NCBI GenBank assembly: GCA_963934015.1
Contig: CAWVWT010000003.1
Coordinates: 28,354 to 92,353, forward strand
Origin: an uncultured Candidatus Poseidoniales archaeon
GTDB taxonomy: Archaea > Thermoplasmatota > Poseidoniia > Poseidoniales > Thalassarchaeaceae
Direction: 5' to 3'
Length of the DNA: 64,000 nt
Position numbers and translations under genes: made by a program. The first letter of the stretch is position 1; every line of letters begins with the position of its first letter. Below the pieces are notes generated by a model. The model had not been told where the DNA came from, ran no database searches, and worked only from the letters and a program-made list of their open reading frames with translations. Below, in pieces: positions 17,895 to 25,970 of this stretch.

Positions 17895-18602
17895 TCAAAG
17901 GCCAAAAGCCCTCATGATTTCTTCACCTGTCAGCATCGGGATGCTATGTTTGGTTGCGTAGGCCCTCGCGTCATCGACACTGAGGGCACGATCGCCATCT
18001 GGTTGCAACATTTCTGCACCTATCGTACAGGGTGCCAGTCCAGCTAATCTCGCAATCGCGACAGCCAATTCGGTATGACCTTGCCGAGTATCTAGTCCAC
18101 CTGGTGCTTCCCTGCACAATGGGATATGCCCAGGGGTTCTGAACTCTTTACCGAGCGCAGTAATTGCATCTATAGTCGAAAAATCAACCATTTCCATCGC
18201 CAATTCCCCAAACCTTCTTGTCGTCAATGCCCGATCGTAATCAGTGATTCCAGTATAGGTTTCACGATGGTTAAGCGAGAGTGTAAACGCACTTCGGGTA
18301 TCGTATTGTAAATCGTCTGTAATCAATTCACCAAGGACTGGGTTTTCTTCGACCAATGCTGGATGCGTGTGTATATCTTGTAGCCAAGGTAAACCAAATT
18401 TTTCACCGACATCATCACCGATTGCCAAAAACAGAAGGCCACCACAATCTTGGCGCAGGCGACGCATTACAGCTGGAGTTGCTACTGCTGCGGGCCAAAG
18501 GAGATCAGTTTCACATTCACGGAAATCAGAATCAAAGACCATCACGGGATTGCCTTGGGCAAAGGCCGCTACAGCCTCTTCAATCAGGTTGGAACTATCC
18601 AT
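17895..18602 (-). CDS. ribB: 3,4-dihydroxy-2-butanone-4-phosphate synthase
   Basis: VMVFDSDFRECETDLLWPAAVATPAVMRRLRQDCGGLLFLAI and the C-terminal GHTELAVAIARLAGLAPCTIGAEM are DHBP synthase signatures. The ATG at 18602 (MDSSNLIEEA) is preferred. The ORF is also open to 18677. Confidence 0.85.
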   Translation of the reverse strand: MDSSNLIEEAVAAFAQGNPVMVFDSDFRECETDLLWPAAVATPAVMRRLRQDCGGLLFLAIGDDVGEKFGLPWLQDIHTHPALVEENPVLGELITDDLQYDTRSAFTLSLNHRETYTGITDYDRALTTRRFGELAMEMVDFSTIDAITALGKEFRTPGHIPLCREAPGGLDTRQGHTELAVAIARLAGLAPCTIGAEMLQPDGDRALSVDDARAYATKHSIPMLTGEEIMRAFGL

Positions 18603-18727
18603 CGTCCTCACGCTCCGCAGGGGCCTGCCAACCCCGTGCTTTTCGGTGCGACGCGCTCGCCCCTTACTTGAAAACACGTCGATGCCGCATCATAGATGCG
18701 AATCTATGTTTTGGCCCCGTTTATCTT

Positions 18728-20641
18728 ATGTGCGATACCCTATCCCAGTCCATGCGCCCAGTCTTCGCTTGTTTGATGACTGGCTTGCTGTTGGCTTGCA
18801 TTCCTGCAAGTGCAGGGTTTGAGGATTCCACAACAGGTTCTGGATTGGATTCAATCGATTCAGGGCCATTGACAATTTGGGCATCTTATGGCCCCGGTGT
18901 TGCATGGGGTGATTATGATCAAGATGGTGATTTAGATGTTTTTTTGACAGCACGTTTTGATCATCTTGGACAGGAAACTTCTGAACATCTCGGCTACCAA
19001 CAGATATCAGACATCCCTCTGAATCACAGTGACCAAGATGCCTTAATTGCAACATCTACTGGCAAAAGTCATCTGATGCAAAATCAAGGTGATGGGACCT
19101 TTGTTGATGTTTCTGCTGTAGCCGGTGTAGGTTCTCATGATGTCACCACACTTGGTGCCACATGGGTTGATTTTGATGGCGATGGAGATGTTGATTTGTA
19201 TCTCTCAAATTACGGCCGTGCAGATTTGATTAACCCTTATGGGTCAGGCGAAGCTAACCAAATGTTTCTGAATGACAATGGGACCTTTAGAGACGTAACC
19301 ATCGAAACCCATTTGGGAAATCCTGGACATTCCTCAGGTTCGGTATGGGCTGATTATGACCACGATGGTGACATGGATTGTTATTCATTGAATTTTGGAA
19401 TGGTTGATGAATATACAGGTCAAGCGCGTAGAGAAACCAATATTCTGTATCGAAACGATGGTGATACCAATGGCGATGGAGTTCCTGAATTCAACGATCA
19501 AACCGGTGAAGCGGGTGTTTATGGGCAGAGTGATGCATCTTTGACAGATTTTGAAACATTCATTGGTCCATCACTCCAAATCAGTACCACGGCACCTGTA
19601 AACCCAAGTACCCAAGTTTCTCTCCCACCTGGCCTCAGTGATTCTCCAGCGGGCTCAGGTATGTCTTGGGCGGCAGTTTGGGCTGATGTCGATGGTGATG
19701 GGTGGGAAGATCTCTACGTAGCCAGTGACTTTGGGGTTTCACCCTTGTATCACAACAACCACGACGGCACCTTCGATTTAGCGACTGTTGAAATGTCGAT
19801 GGACATCCAGGGGACGGGAATGGGCACTCATGCTGCCGACATCGATATGGATGGTGATCTTGACATATGCCAATCCAATTTCGGACCGAATTACCTTTGG
19901 ATAAACCATGGTGATACGTTTTCAGAGGATTCTGTTGAGGCTGGAATCAATACCAACATTTTGGTGAATTGGGATTGCCATTTCTTTGACTATGATTTGG
20001 ATGGGGATTTGGATATCTGGTTTGGTGTAGGTCGAATCAACCAATATATTTCCAATCAATATAATTCCCTTTATCGGAATGATGGCGACATTGATGGCGA
20101 CGGAGTTCTAGATTTCACCGATGTTGCAACTGATTTGGGTATTGCTGGAGCTAACAAAACGATGGGTGCTGCATTGGCAGATTATGACAATGATGGCGAC
20201 CTCGATATTTTGATGGCACACTCGGATAGACCAGTAATATTGTGGCGAAATACAGCGGTTGAAGATGGAAGTGGTGGTTGGTTGAAAGTCCGGTTACAGG
20301 GAATAGAACTTGGTTCCAATAGTCATGGAATTGGTTGTTTGGTCAAGGTCTATCTCGAAAATGGAACCGTCCTCATGCAACAAGCATATGCTGGCGACGG
20401 ATTCCTTGGAAGCAGCGATCCAGCAATTCATTTTGGCCTTGGTCAGCAAAACATTGACCGCCTCGAAGTCACTTGGTCTACCGGGCATATTCAAATCATC
20501 GAAGAAGTTCAAGTCAATTCAATTCTCGAAATCGAGGAGGAATTGCCTCCACCAATCACCGATCACTCAGCCTATGTCTTGGCGATTATGGGCCTTTGCC
20601 TCATTCATCTTCTTTGGCCGCTGCTCCAAAGAAATTCATGA
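18728..20641 (+). CDS. FG-GAP/VCBS repeat protein with ASPIC/UnbV C-terminal domain (CRTAC1-like), signal peptide and C-terminal TM anchor
   Basis: There are seven Ca-binding FG-GAP-like units (WGDYDQDGDLDVF, WVDFDGDGDVDLY, WADYDHDGDMDCY, WADVDGDGWEDLY, AADIDMDGDLDIC, FFDYDLDGDLDIW, LADYDNDGDLDIL). The UnbV_ASPIC-like segment is GIGCLVKVYLENGTVLMQQAYAGDGFLGSSDPAIHFGLG. The track ORF starts at 18356, but that extension is antisense to ribB. The ATG at 18728 gives the signal-like N-terminus MCDTLSQSMRPVFACLMTGLLLACIPASA. Confidence 0.8.
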   Translation: MCDTLSQSMRPVFACLMTGLLLACIPASAGFEDSTTGSGLDSIDSGPLTIWASYGPGVAWGDYDQDGDLDVFLTARFDHLGQETSEHLGYQQISDIPLNHSDQDALIATSTGKSHLMQNQGDGTFVDVSAVAGVGSHDVTTLGATWVDFDGDGDVDLYLSNYGRADLINPYGSGEANQMFLNDNGTFRDVTIETHLGNPGHSSGSVWADYDHDGDMDCYSLNFGMVDEYTGQARRETNILYRNDGDTNGDGVPEFNDQTGEAGVYGQSDASLTDFETFIGPSLQISTTAPVNPSTQVSLPPGLSDSPAGSGMSWAAVWADVDGDGWEDLYVASDFGVSPLYHNNHDGTFDLATVEMSMDIQGTGMGTHAADIDMDGDLDICQSNFGPNYLWINHGDTFSEDSVEAGINTNILVNWDCHFFDYDLDGDLDIWFGVGRINQYISNQYNSLYRNDGDIDGDGVLDFTDVATDLGIAGANKTMGAALADYDNDGDLDILMAHSDRPVILWRNTAVEDGSGGWLKVRLQGIELGSNSHGIGCLVKVYLENGTVLMQQAYAGDGFLGSSDPAIHFGLGQQNIDRLEVTWSTGHIQIIEEVQVNSILEIEEELPPPITDHSAYVLAIMGLCLIHLLWPLLQRNS

Positions 20642-22463
20642 TTAGCAGGCCGGCAATTCCCAGCCCAATCAATCCTAGAATCAATGTGCTTGGATCCGCA
20701 TCACCCGTCGTTTCGAGTGGGTTTTCATCAATTACATTAGGCATATAGCAATCGAGTTCGTTGAGATTGTGTTCTGCAAAGAACACATCGCACTGTAATG
20801 ATTCGATTTCGGTATTTTGTAGGATAATATGTGCTAAGCGCGTTGATGATAAATCGGACACAACACCATCTAATTCAGGGTCATTTTCGTAATAGAATGG
20901 GTCGCCATCACGCAACCGCATGAACTGGTCGCGAATCAGTGCATCCATGGTTTCACCCAATGCCGAATCGGGGAGGTGATCTTCTGCAAGCATACCAATC
21001 AATGGGTCAATGTGGCCGGGGTCTTCTGCGGCATAGGCTTGCATCAATCGAGTCGCAACATCGGGGTCGCTGGTAATTTCACTATAATTGGTCACCGCAC
21101 CCAATTCAAATGCGGCGCGAACTGCTCCGTAATCGGGCACACCATGGTCACGCCCACGCTGGATGTCCATTGCACACAAGTCCATACCACCAGCACCAGG
21201 CATACCAAACAGGTGATTCCGCAAATCTTCACCATAGTAGATGTCGTTGGCAGGTTGGACTTGCATGGCCATCCCTCGAAAAATGGGTGCAATCCCACCT
21301 TCTTCGGTGACAGGACTGGTGGTCCAAAATCCATCGAAGAGACTCATATGCCCTTCTTCAATAGGCGTGCGTTGTTCATTTACACGGAGGAATACATCGC
21401 CAATTTGTGAGTGCCCCATCCGGAATCCAACTGTGGCAAACGCACTGGTTACTTCGGGATTAACGTTTGAATCATAGCCTGAATATGTATCCAGCGTGAC
21501 CCCCAAACTCGGTAGAAATTCTTCGTATGTAATAGCCTGAATCTGTGCAGCCACAATCTTTCGCGCACGCTGGAATATGTCTTCATCACTCCAATCTGGA
21601 TTACGTTCTTGAATTCCTTCAGCCAAGCGATTGTGTTCACGCATAAACAGCACATGTAAGGCCATCAATGCAATGTGTTCGTTTGCCCTTGAATCCCCAG
21701 CAATAAATCGCACATCAGCACTGAATCCCGCAAATGACATTGGTGGGGCTGTTTCATCATCATCTTTGGCCACTGGCAATAGATCGCCATAGGGATTCTC
21801 ACTCACCTTCATGCGCCCACCCTCAAAAGTACGCAACCAATTCTGGGTCGAATCCGATGAGCCGTAAACAACACTTCCGTCGATCCAAGTGGTAATCGAG
21901 TTGGGGTGTTCACGGTGTTCGACGCCATTCACGTCGACGACACTCACGTACAAAGATCGGAAGAATCTAATTTGGGAACCTCCAGATGCACCCATGACTG
22001 AATCATTTTCGTCAATCTCGATATTCGCTTGTTCTGGTGTGCCATTTTCGCCAACGCGTCCATTTTGCGTCAGTGTAAAGTCGATTTCATGTGTGATGAA
22101 TTGTCCCCACAACCAATTGAAATCAGATAATCCCCTTTCATCATTAATCACGCCGGGTTGAGCACAAACGCTGTTGCTAATTTCACGTGTGTTGGGTAAA
22201 TCACTCAACCCCATCCAATTTGAGCTAGCGTCATGACTTGCATTTGCGACGCGTCCGAGAAGTGTTCCAGCTTTCCCCCATTCGGGTTGAACGGAATTGA
22301 CTTCTGAGCCGTTGGCACTGGGGAAATTAGCAGGTCGGACATCTATGTCGTAACTTGTCGCAGCCAATTCAGCACCCATGCTACTGGGTAAAATCATCAG
22401 TAAACAAAGTCCAATGGCGACCCCCATTTTCACCGGGTTACTTCGCCGACCTGCCCCCTGCAT
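20601..22463 (-). CDS. Animal-type haem peroxidase family protein (An_peroxidase), secreted, C-terminal TM anchor
   Basis: The distal-His region is LWGQFITHEIDFT and the proximal-His region is GDSRANEHIALMALHVLFMREHNRLA. The signal peptide is MQGAGRRSNPVKMGVAIGLCLLMILPSSMGA, from the ATG at 22463. The alternative ATG is at 22427. The 22682 start would overlap the divergent gene. The C-terminal helix is LILGLIGLGIAGLLIMNFF. Confidence 0.8.
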   Translation of the reverse strand: MQGAGRRSNPVKMGVAIGLCLLMILPSSMGAELAATSYDIDVRPANFPSANGSEVNSVQPEWGKAGTLLGRVANASHDASSNWMGLSDLPNTREISNSVCAQPGVINDERGLSDFNWLWGQFITHEIDFTLTQNGRVGENGTPEQANIEIDENDSVMGASGGSQIRFFRSLYVSVVDVNGVEHREHPNSITTWIDGSVVYGSSDSTQNWLRTFEGGRMKVSENPYGDLLPVAKDDDETAPPMSFAGFSADVRFIAGDSRANEHIALMALHVLFMREHNRLAEGIQERNPDWSDEDIFQRARKIVAAQIQAITYEEFLPSLGVTLDTYSGYDSNVNPEVTSAFATVGFRMGHSQIGDVFLRVNEQRTPIEEGHMSLFDGFWTTSPVTEEGGIAPIFRGMAMQVQPANDIYYGEDLRNHLFGMPGAGGMDLCAMDIQRGRDHGVPDYGAVRAAFELGAVTNYSEITSDPDVATRLMQAYAAEDPGHIDPLIGMLAEDHLPDSALGETMDALIRDQFMRLRDGDPFYYENDPELDGVVSDLSSTRLAHIILQNTEIESLQCDVFFAEHNLNELDCYMPNVIDENPLETTGDADPSTLILGLIGLGIAGLLIMNFFGAAAKEDE

Positions 22464-22629
22464 AGTATGGGGGCATTGGTCGAAATGGGTTAAATTGTCG
22501 GTCATAATATTGCGAATGTTCAATACATACGGGGTGTAGGTTATCACGGCCCCTGAAAATAAAAGGAGAATGCAACCGCACATCCTTTTCAACAGAGACC
22601 GTTTCGGCCGAGAGGCCGGAGGGACACCT

Positions 22630-23790
22630 ATGCCACTAAGACTCGGACCTGCTGGAGTACCTTTGTCATGCAAAGGACGCACTATTGTTGAAGGAATGGA
22701 CGATATTACTGCCCTCGGATTGGAGACGATGGAGATCCAAACAGTACGAACTGTTGCTCCCCATCACTTTGACCAATACTGGCAAGCGGGTATCCTATCA
22801 TGGAAAACAGATTTTGAGATGAATCTCCATGGTCCATACTATGCTGAAATACTTGGAGATAAACGAGAACGCAGCCGGACACTATCCAAGATGGAAGCCA
22901 GTCTTCAGGCTGCGAAAATCATCAATGCGCGTCACATCACATATCACGTTGGTCCGTATGGCGAATACCAACGTGGCCCGAAAGCCAACGAGCAGGTTGC
23001 CAACGTGATGGCAGGTGTTGTTGATCGTTGTGCTCAAATTTGGAATAACGAAGATGAGGCTGAAGATTACGCTGCCTTCCCTTGGGTTATCGATAATAGT
23101 CCCACATTAATTGGTGTCGAAACCAGTGGTCGACAAGAGTTGTGGGGTAGCCTTGAGGAAGTATTGGAGGTGACCAATCACGTTGAAGGTACAGTTCCAG
23201 TTCTCAATCTTGCACATATTCACGCACGTGGAAATGGTCGTCTTCGAACAAGCGAAGATTTTGGTGAGTTGTTTGATTTAGTCAGAGAGTCGATAGGAGG
23301 CAAGACATTCTATTGTCACTTCAGTGGTATTGAGCACCGCATGGGTAACGCACTCCATTATACGCAAATCAAGAAGTCCGATCTCAAATTCGAACCTTTA
23401 GCAGAATTCCTTGCGGAGGATGGCGAGTGGCTCGACATTACGATGATTTCAGATTCACCCTTACTCGAACATGATGCAATGTTCATGATGCAGCAATGTG
23501 AAAAAGCCAAGCATCGACTCTTTGAGAAACAGGCACGTGATGATCGCCGAAACAAGTTGGCGATTGCACATGGAAAAGACCCGGCTGAACTTGCTGCTCG
23601 AGAGGCAGAAGAGAAAGCCAAGCGTGTAGCTGCCGAACAAGGCAAGTCAACCCAGCCTACTACTGCTAAAGTGGACAAGAAGCCGGCTGAGAAGTCAGCC
23701 GAGAAGAAACCAGGGAAGAAAGGGGCAAAAGCCTCCAAAGAAGGGCCCATGGTTATCGAAGATGAAGCGGATGAAGACGACCTCTTCTGA
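22630..23790 (+). CDS. Endonuclease IV-like / xylose-isomerase-like TIM-barrel protein with Lys/Ala/Glu-rich C-terminal tail
   Basis: The archaeal Nfo-like layout is present: LGPAGVP..., LETMEIQTVR, LHGPYYAEI, HITYHVGPYG, IGVETSG, LNLAHIHARG, YCHFSGIEH, ITMISDSPLLEHDA. A GGAGGG Shine-Dalgarno motif lies 8 nt before the ATG at 22630. The tail contains AKVDKKPAEKSAEKKPGKKGAKASKEG. Confidence 0.7.
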   Translation: MPLRLGPAGVPLSCKGRTIVEGMDDITALGLETMEIQTVRTVAPHHFDQYWQAGILSWKTDFEMNLHGPYYAEILGDKRERSRTLSKMEASLQAAKIINARHITYHVGPYGEYQRGPKANEQVANVMAGVVDRCAQIWNNEDEAEDYAAFPWVIDNSPTLIGVETSGRQELWGSLEEVLEVTNHVEGTVPVLNLAHIHARGNGRLRTSEDFGELFDLVRESIGGKTFYCHFSGIEHRMGNALHYTQIKKSDLKFEPLAEFLAEDGEWLDITMISDSPLLEHDAMFMMQQCEKAKHRLFEKQARDDRRNKLAIAHGKDPAELAAREAEEKAKRVAAEQGKSTQPTTAKVDKKPAEKSAEKKPGKKGAKASKEGPMVIEDEADEDDLF

Positions 23791-23848
23791 GGCCCTCATT
23801 CGTCATCCGAAAGGGTTGATAATGCAAGGCATGTGGCCTTGTTCCCAC

Positions 23849-23924
23849 GCGGTGGTAACTCAGCTGGGAGAGTGCCAGACTGAAGATCTGGAAGTCGCCG
23901 GTTCAAGCCCGGCCCACCGCACCA
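23849..23924 (+). tRNA. tRNA-Phe (anticodon GAA), CCA encoded
   Basis: It folds by hand into a cloverleaf: acceptor GCGGTGG/CCACCGC, D arm ACTC-AGCTGGGA-GAGT, anticodon arm CCAGA-CTGAAGA-TCTGG, variable loop AAGTC, T arm GCCGG-TTCAAGC-CCGGC, discriminator A at 23921, then CCA. Confidence 0.9.
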
Positions 23925-24475
23925 TTATTTCTCCGCACAACAGCATATAATATTCCTAAAAATGCGAATAAAAGGACTGGGAAAATGATGTACCCCCCGG
24001 CGATAAAGAAATACTGACTGATTTCACCCCCTCCCCACAAAGAGGGTTCTTCAGTTGCATTAGTGCCATTTCGTTTTGCTGTGAATTCGTCAATCACAAT
24101 GTGCATTGTGATTTGTTTTGAAGTACAGGTGAGGCACTGAATACCATTTGCCTTCTCAACAAGGTAGGATAACGTCACAGATCGATTTTGCGAATCCATA
24201 CTCGCATCTCCTTTGAAAGTAACCCAAAAATCAGTTGAGTCGCCTCCATTTACTGTAATTTTACTAGGAGAACTGTAGGCCAGCCCTCCAGCATTAATTT
24301 GGATACTAACCTCTTCCACAAATATTGTTGGATTTTCGGCCCTACATTCTGTAGTTACGATTCGAGAAGCGAGCGGGCTGACATCCATTTCCATTTCAGC
24401 AGGGGTACATGTAATATCGACATCGGGTAGAATTTGGCCCTCAGCAGGTGGTGTATATTGCAGAATTGCAACCAA
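23903..24475 (-). CDS. Hypothetical membrane-anchored protein
   Basis: 190-aa ORF with the C-terminal TM helix YFFIAGGYIIFPVLLFAFLGILYAVV. The first canonical start is a TTG at 24475. The 3' end overlaps the 3' end of tRNA-Phe on the opposite strand. Confidence 0.45.
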   Translation of the reverse strand: MVAILQYTPPAEGQILPDVDITCTPAEMEMDVSPLASRIVTTECRAENPTIFVEEVSIQINAGGLAYSSPSKITVNGGDSTDFWVTFKGDASMDSQNRSVTLSYLVEKANGIQCLTCTSKQITMHIVIDEFTAKRNGTNATEEPSLWGGGEISQYFFIAGGYIIFPVLLFAFLGILYAVVRRNNGAVGRA

Positions 24476-24554
24476 TAAGAGCAGTGTGAAAAAATACGCT
24501 CTCCGCCTGCTCTGGCGAAATATGGGGTGGAGATGAACTTTGGGCCGGCTGTAA

Positions 24555-25373
24555 CTAGTCGTTCAGCACACGATCTTGGATAGCATACAATTTGGATAAT
24601 CCAATCTCTGCCATATCCATGAGCGCATCCATCTGTGCGCGTGAATAAGTTGATTCTTCACCGGTTCCTTGAACTTCAACCAACATACCATCACTGGTGC
24701 CGATGACATTCATATCGACATCAGCATTCGAATCTAGAATGTAATCTAGATCAAGATAGACATCATCTCCAAGTAGACCTACACTGATTGCAGCTACATC
24801 TACGGGCAGGACTGCGGATTCGTGTGCAGCTTTTTCGACAGAACTCAATTGCCGAGGTTCCCAGTCACGCCCTGCATCAGCAGGTTTCCGATCAGCTGAC
24901 GGAAGGCACAAGCCTTGGTCGATGAGTCGTCGAACCCCCAACCGAAGTGCAATGGTTGCTGCAGTAATCGATGCGCAGCGAGTCCCGCCATCGGCATTGA
25001 GGATGTCACAATCGACAGTAAGGCTGTGCGGCCCAAGTTCCTCAAGATCAATTCCAGCGCGAAGACTGCGTGCAACCAAACGTTCGATTTCGTAGGTTCG
25101 CCCTTTTGCTCCTCTACGTTCACGTTGGAATCTGGAATCAGTTGAACCAGGAAGTAGACTGTATTCTGCATTGACCCAACCCTTTGTCGCATCTCGTGGA
25201 AACCAACGTGGAAGGTTTCTCGCGCGCGTACAGCATGCGAGAACAACAGTGTCTCCTTGTTTGTACAAAACACTTGCAAGTGCATTGGGTGTGAAGTCGA
25301 TTTCGACTTCGACATCACGCATCTCATTTTTCTCTCGAGTGAGTTCTAAATCAGCTTCCTTGAACTTGGCCAT
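24555..25373 (-). CDS. rph: Ribonuclease PH (bacterial Rph type) with an internal insertion
   Basis: KGWVNAEYSLLPGSTDSRFQRERRGAKGRTYEIERLVARSLRAGIDLEELGPHSLTVDCDILNADGGTRCASITAATIAL, then DMNVIG and LVEVQGTGEE, align almost motif-for-motif with E. coli Rph. About 30 extra residues (CLPSADRKPADAGRDWEPRQLSS...) sit between the two halves. Confidence 0.85.
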   Translation of the reverse strand: MAKFKEADLELTREKNEMRDVEVEIDFTPNALASVLYKQGDTVVLACCTRARNLPRWFPRDATKGWVNAEYSLLPGSTDSRFQRERRGAKGRTYEIERLVARSLRAGIDLEELGPHSLTVDCDILNADGGTRCASITAATIALRLGVRRLIDQGLCLPSADRKPADAGRDWEPRQLSSVEKAAHESAVLPVDVAAISVGLLGDDVYLDLDYILDSNADVDMNVIGTSDGMLVEVQGTGEESTYSRAQMDALMDMAEIGLSKLYAIQDRVLND

Positions 25374-25391
25374 ACTTCGCCGACTCGGGTC

Positions 25392-25940
25392 TCATTCTTC
25401 AATCGCCCGGCGAGCATGCGGTGGTCTCCAAGCAGCCCAAGGGCCTTCAGTCGTCTCAATATACGGTCCCTCAATAAGATCTACACAATAGGGGACTGCG
25501 GGCCAAATTTCATCGATTGTTTCCCGAATTGAACGAGGGCTTCCGGGTAAATTGAGAATGAGTGTTTGCCCTCGAACACCTGCTGTTTGTCGACTGAGGA
25601 CAGCAGTGGAAACATGTCGCAGTGAGATGGCTCGCATCTGCTCACCAAATCCAGGTAATATGCGCTCACAAATTGCTTCTGTTGCATCGGGTGTGACATC
25701 TCTGGGTGCAGGGCCGGTGCCACCGGTTGTGATGATGACCGAACATCCAGCATTACAAAGTTCGATTAATGATGCTTCAATCATTTTTTGCTCATCGGGG
25801 ATAATGCGCCTTTCCACTTTGAATGGATTGGAAATTGCCTCTGAAAGGAACTCGGCAATGGCTGGGCCAGACAAATCGTCATAATCGCCGGCTGCGGCTC
25901 GATCTGAGGCCGTGAGTACACCAAAGGTCACGGGGTCCAT
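25392..25940 (-). CDS. mog: Molybdopterin adenylyltransferase MogA
   Basis: FGVLTASDRAAAGDYDDLSGPAI...RIIPDEQKMIE...IITTGGTGPAPRDVTPDATEA...LPGFGEQMRAISLRHVSTAVLSRQTAGVRGQTLILNLPGSPRSIRET...VPYCVDLIEGPYIET is near-collinear with E. coli MogA. Confidence 0.9.
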   Translation of the reverse strand: MDPVTFGVLTASDRAAAGDYDDLSGPAIAEFLSEAISNPFKVERRIIPDEQKMIEASLIELCNAGCSVIITTGGTGPAPRDVTPDATEAICERILPGFGEQMRAISLRHVSTAVLSRQTAGVRGQTLILNLPGSPRSIRETIDEIWPAVPYCVDLIEGPYIETTEGPWAAWRPPHARRAIEE

Positions 25941-25970
25941 GTTGGGTCGAAGCCGTTGATGATAAGAAGA

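Noticed and set aside
18356-18727. N-terminal 124 codons of the 761-aa track ORF (FG-GAP protein)
   Set aside because: This stretch is antisense to ribB (17895-18602) and encodes Arg/Pro/His-rich nonsense. A signal-peptide-bearing ATG at 18728 gives a sensible protein and leaves a 125-bp divergent promoter region.
22464-22682. N-terminal 73 codons of the 693-aa track ORF (haem peroxidase)
   Set aside because: The extension would overlap the divergent Nfo-like gene and places about 85 residues before the signal peptide. The internal ATG at 22463 gives a normal signal peptide.
23790-24555. tRNA-Phe as a possible integration site for a mobile element
   Set aside because: No integrase, no direct repeat of the tRNA 3' end that I could find nearby, and the flanking genes (Nfo-like, rph, mog) look like ordinary chromosomal genes.
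24845-25327. 160-aa alternative-frame ORF on the same strand as rph
   Set aside because: It is out of frame with the RNase PH sequence, which aligns motif-by-motif with E. coli Rph. It has no independent evidence.
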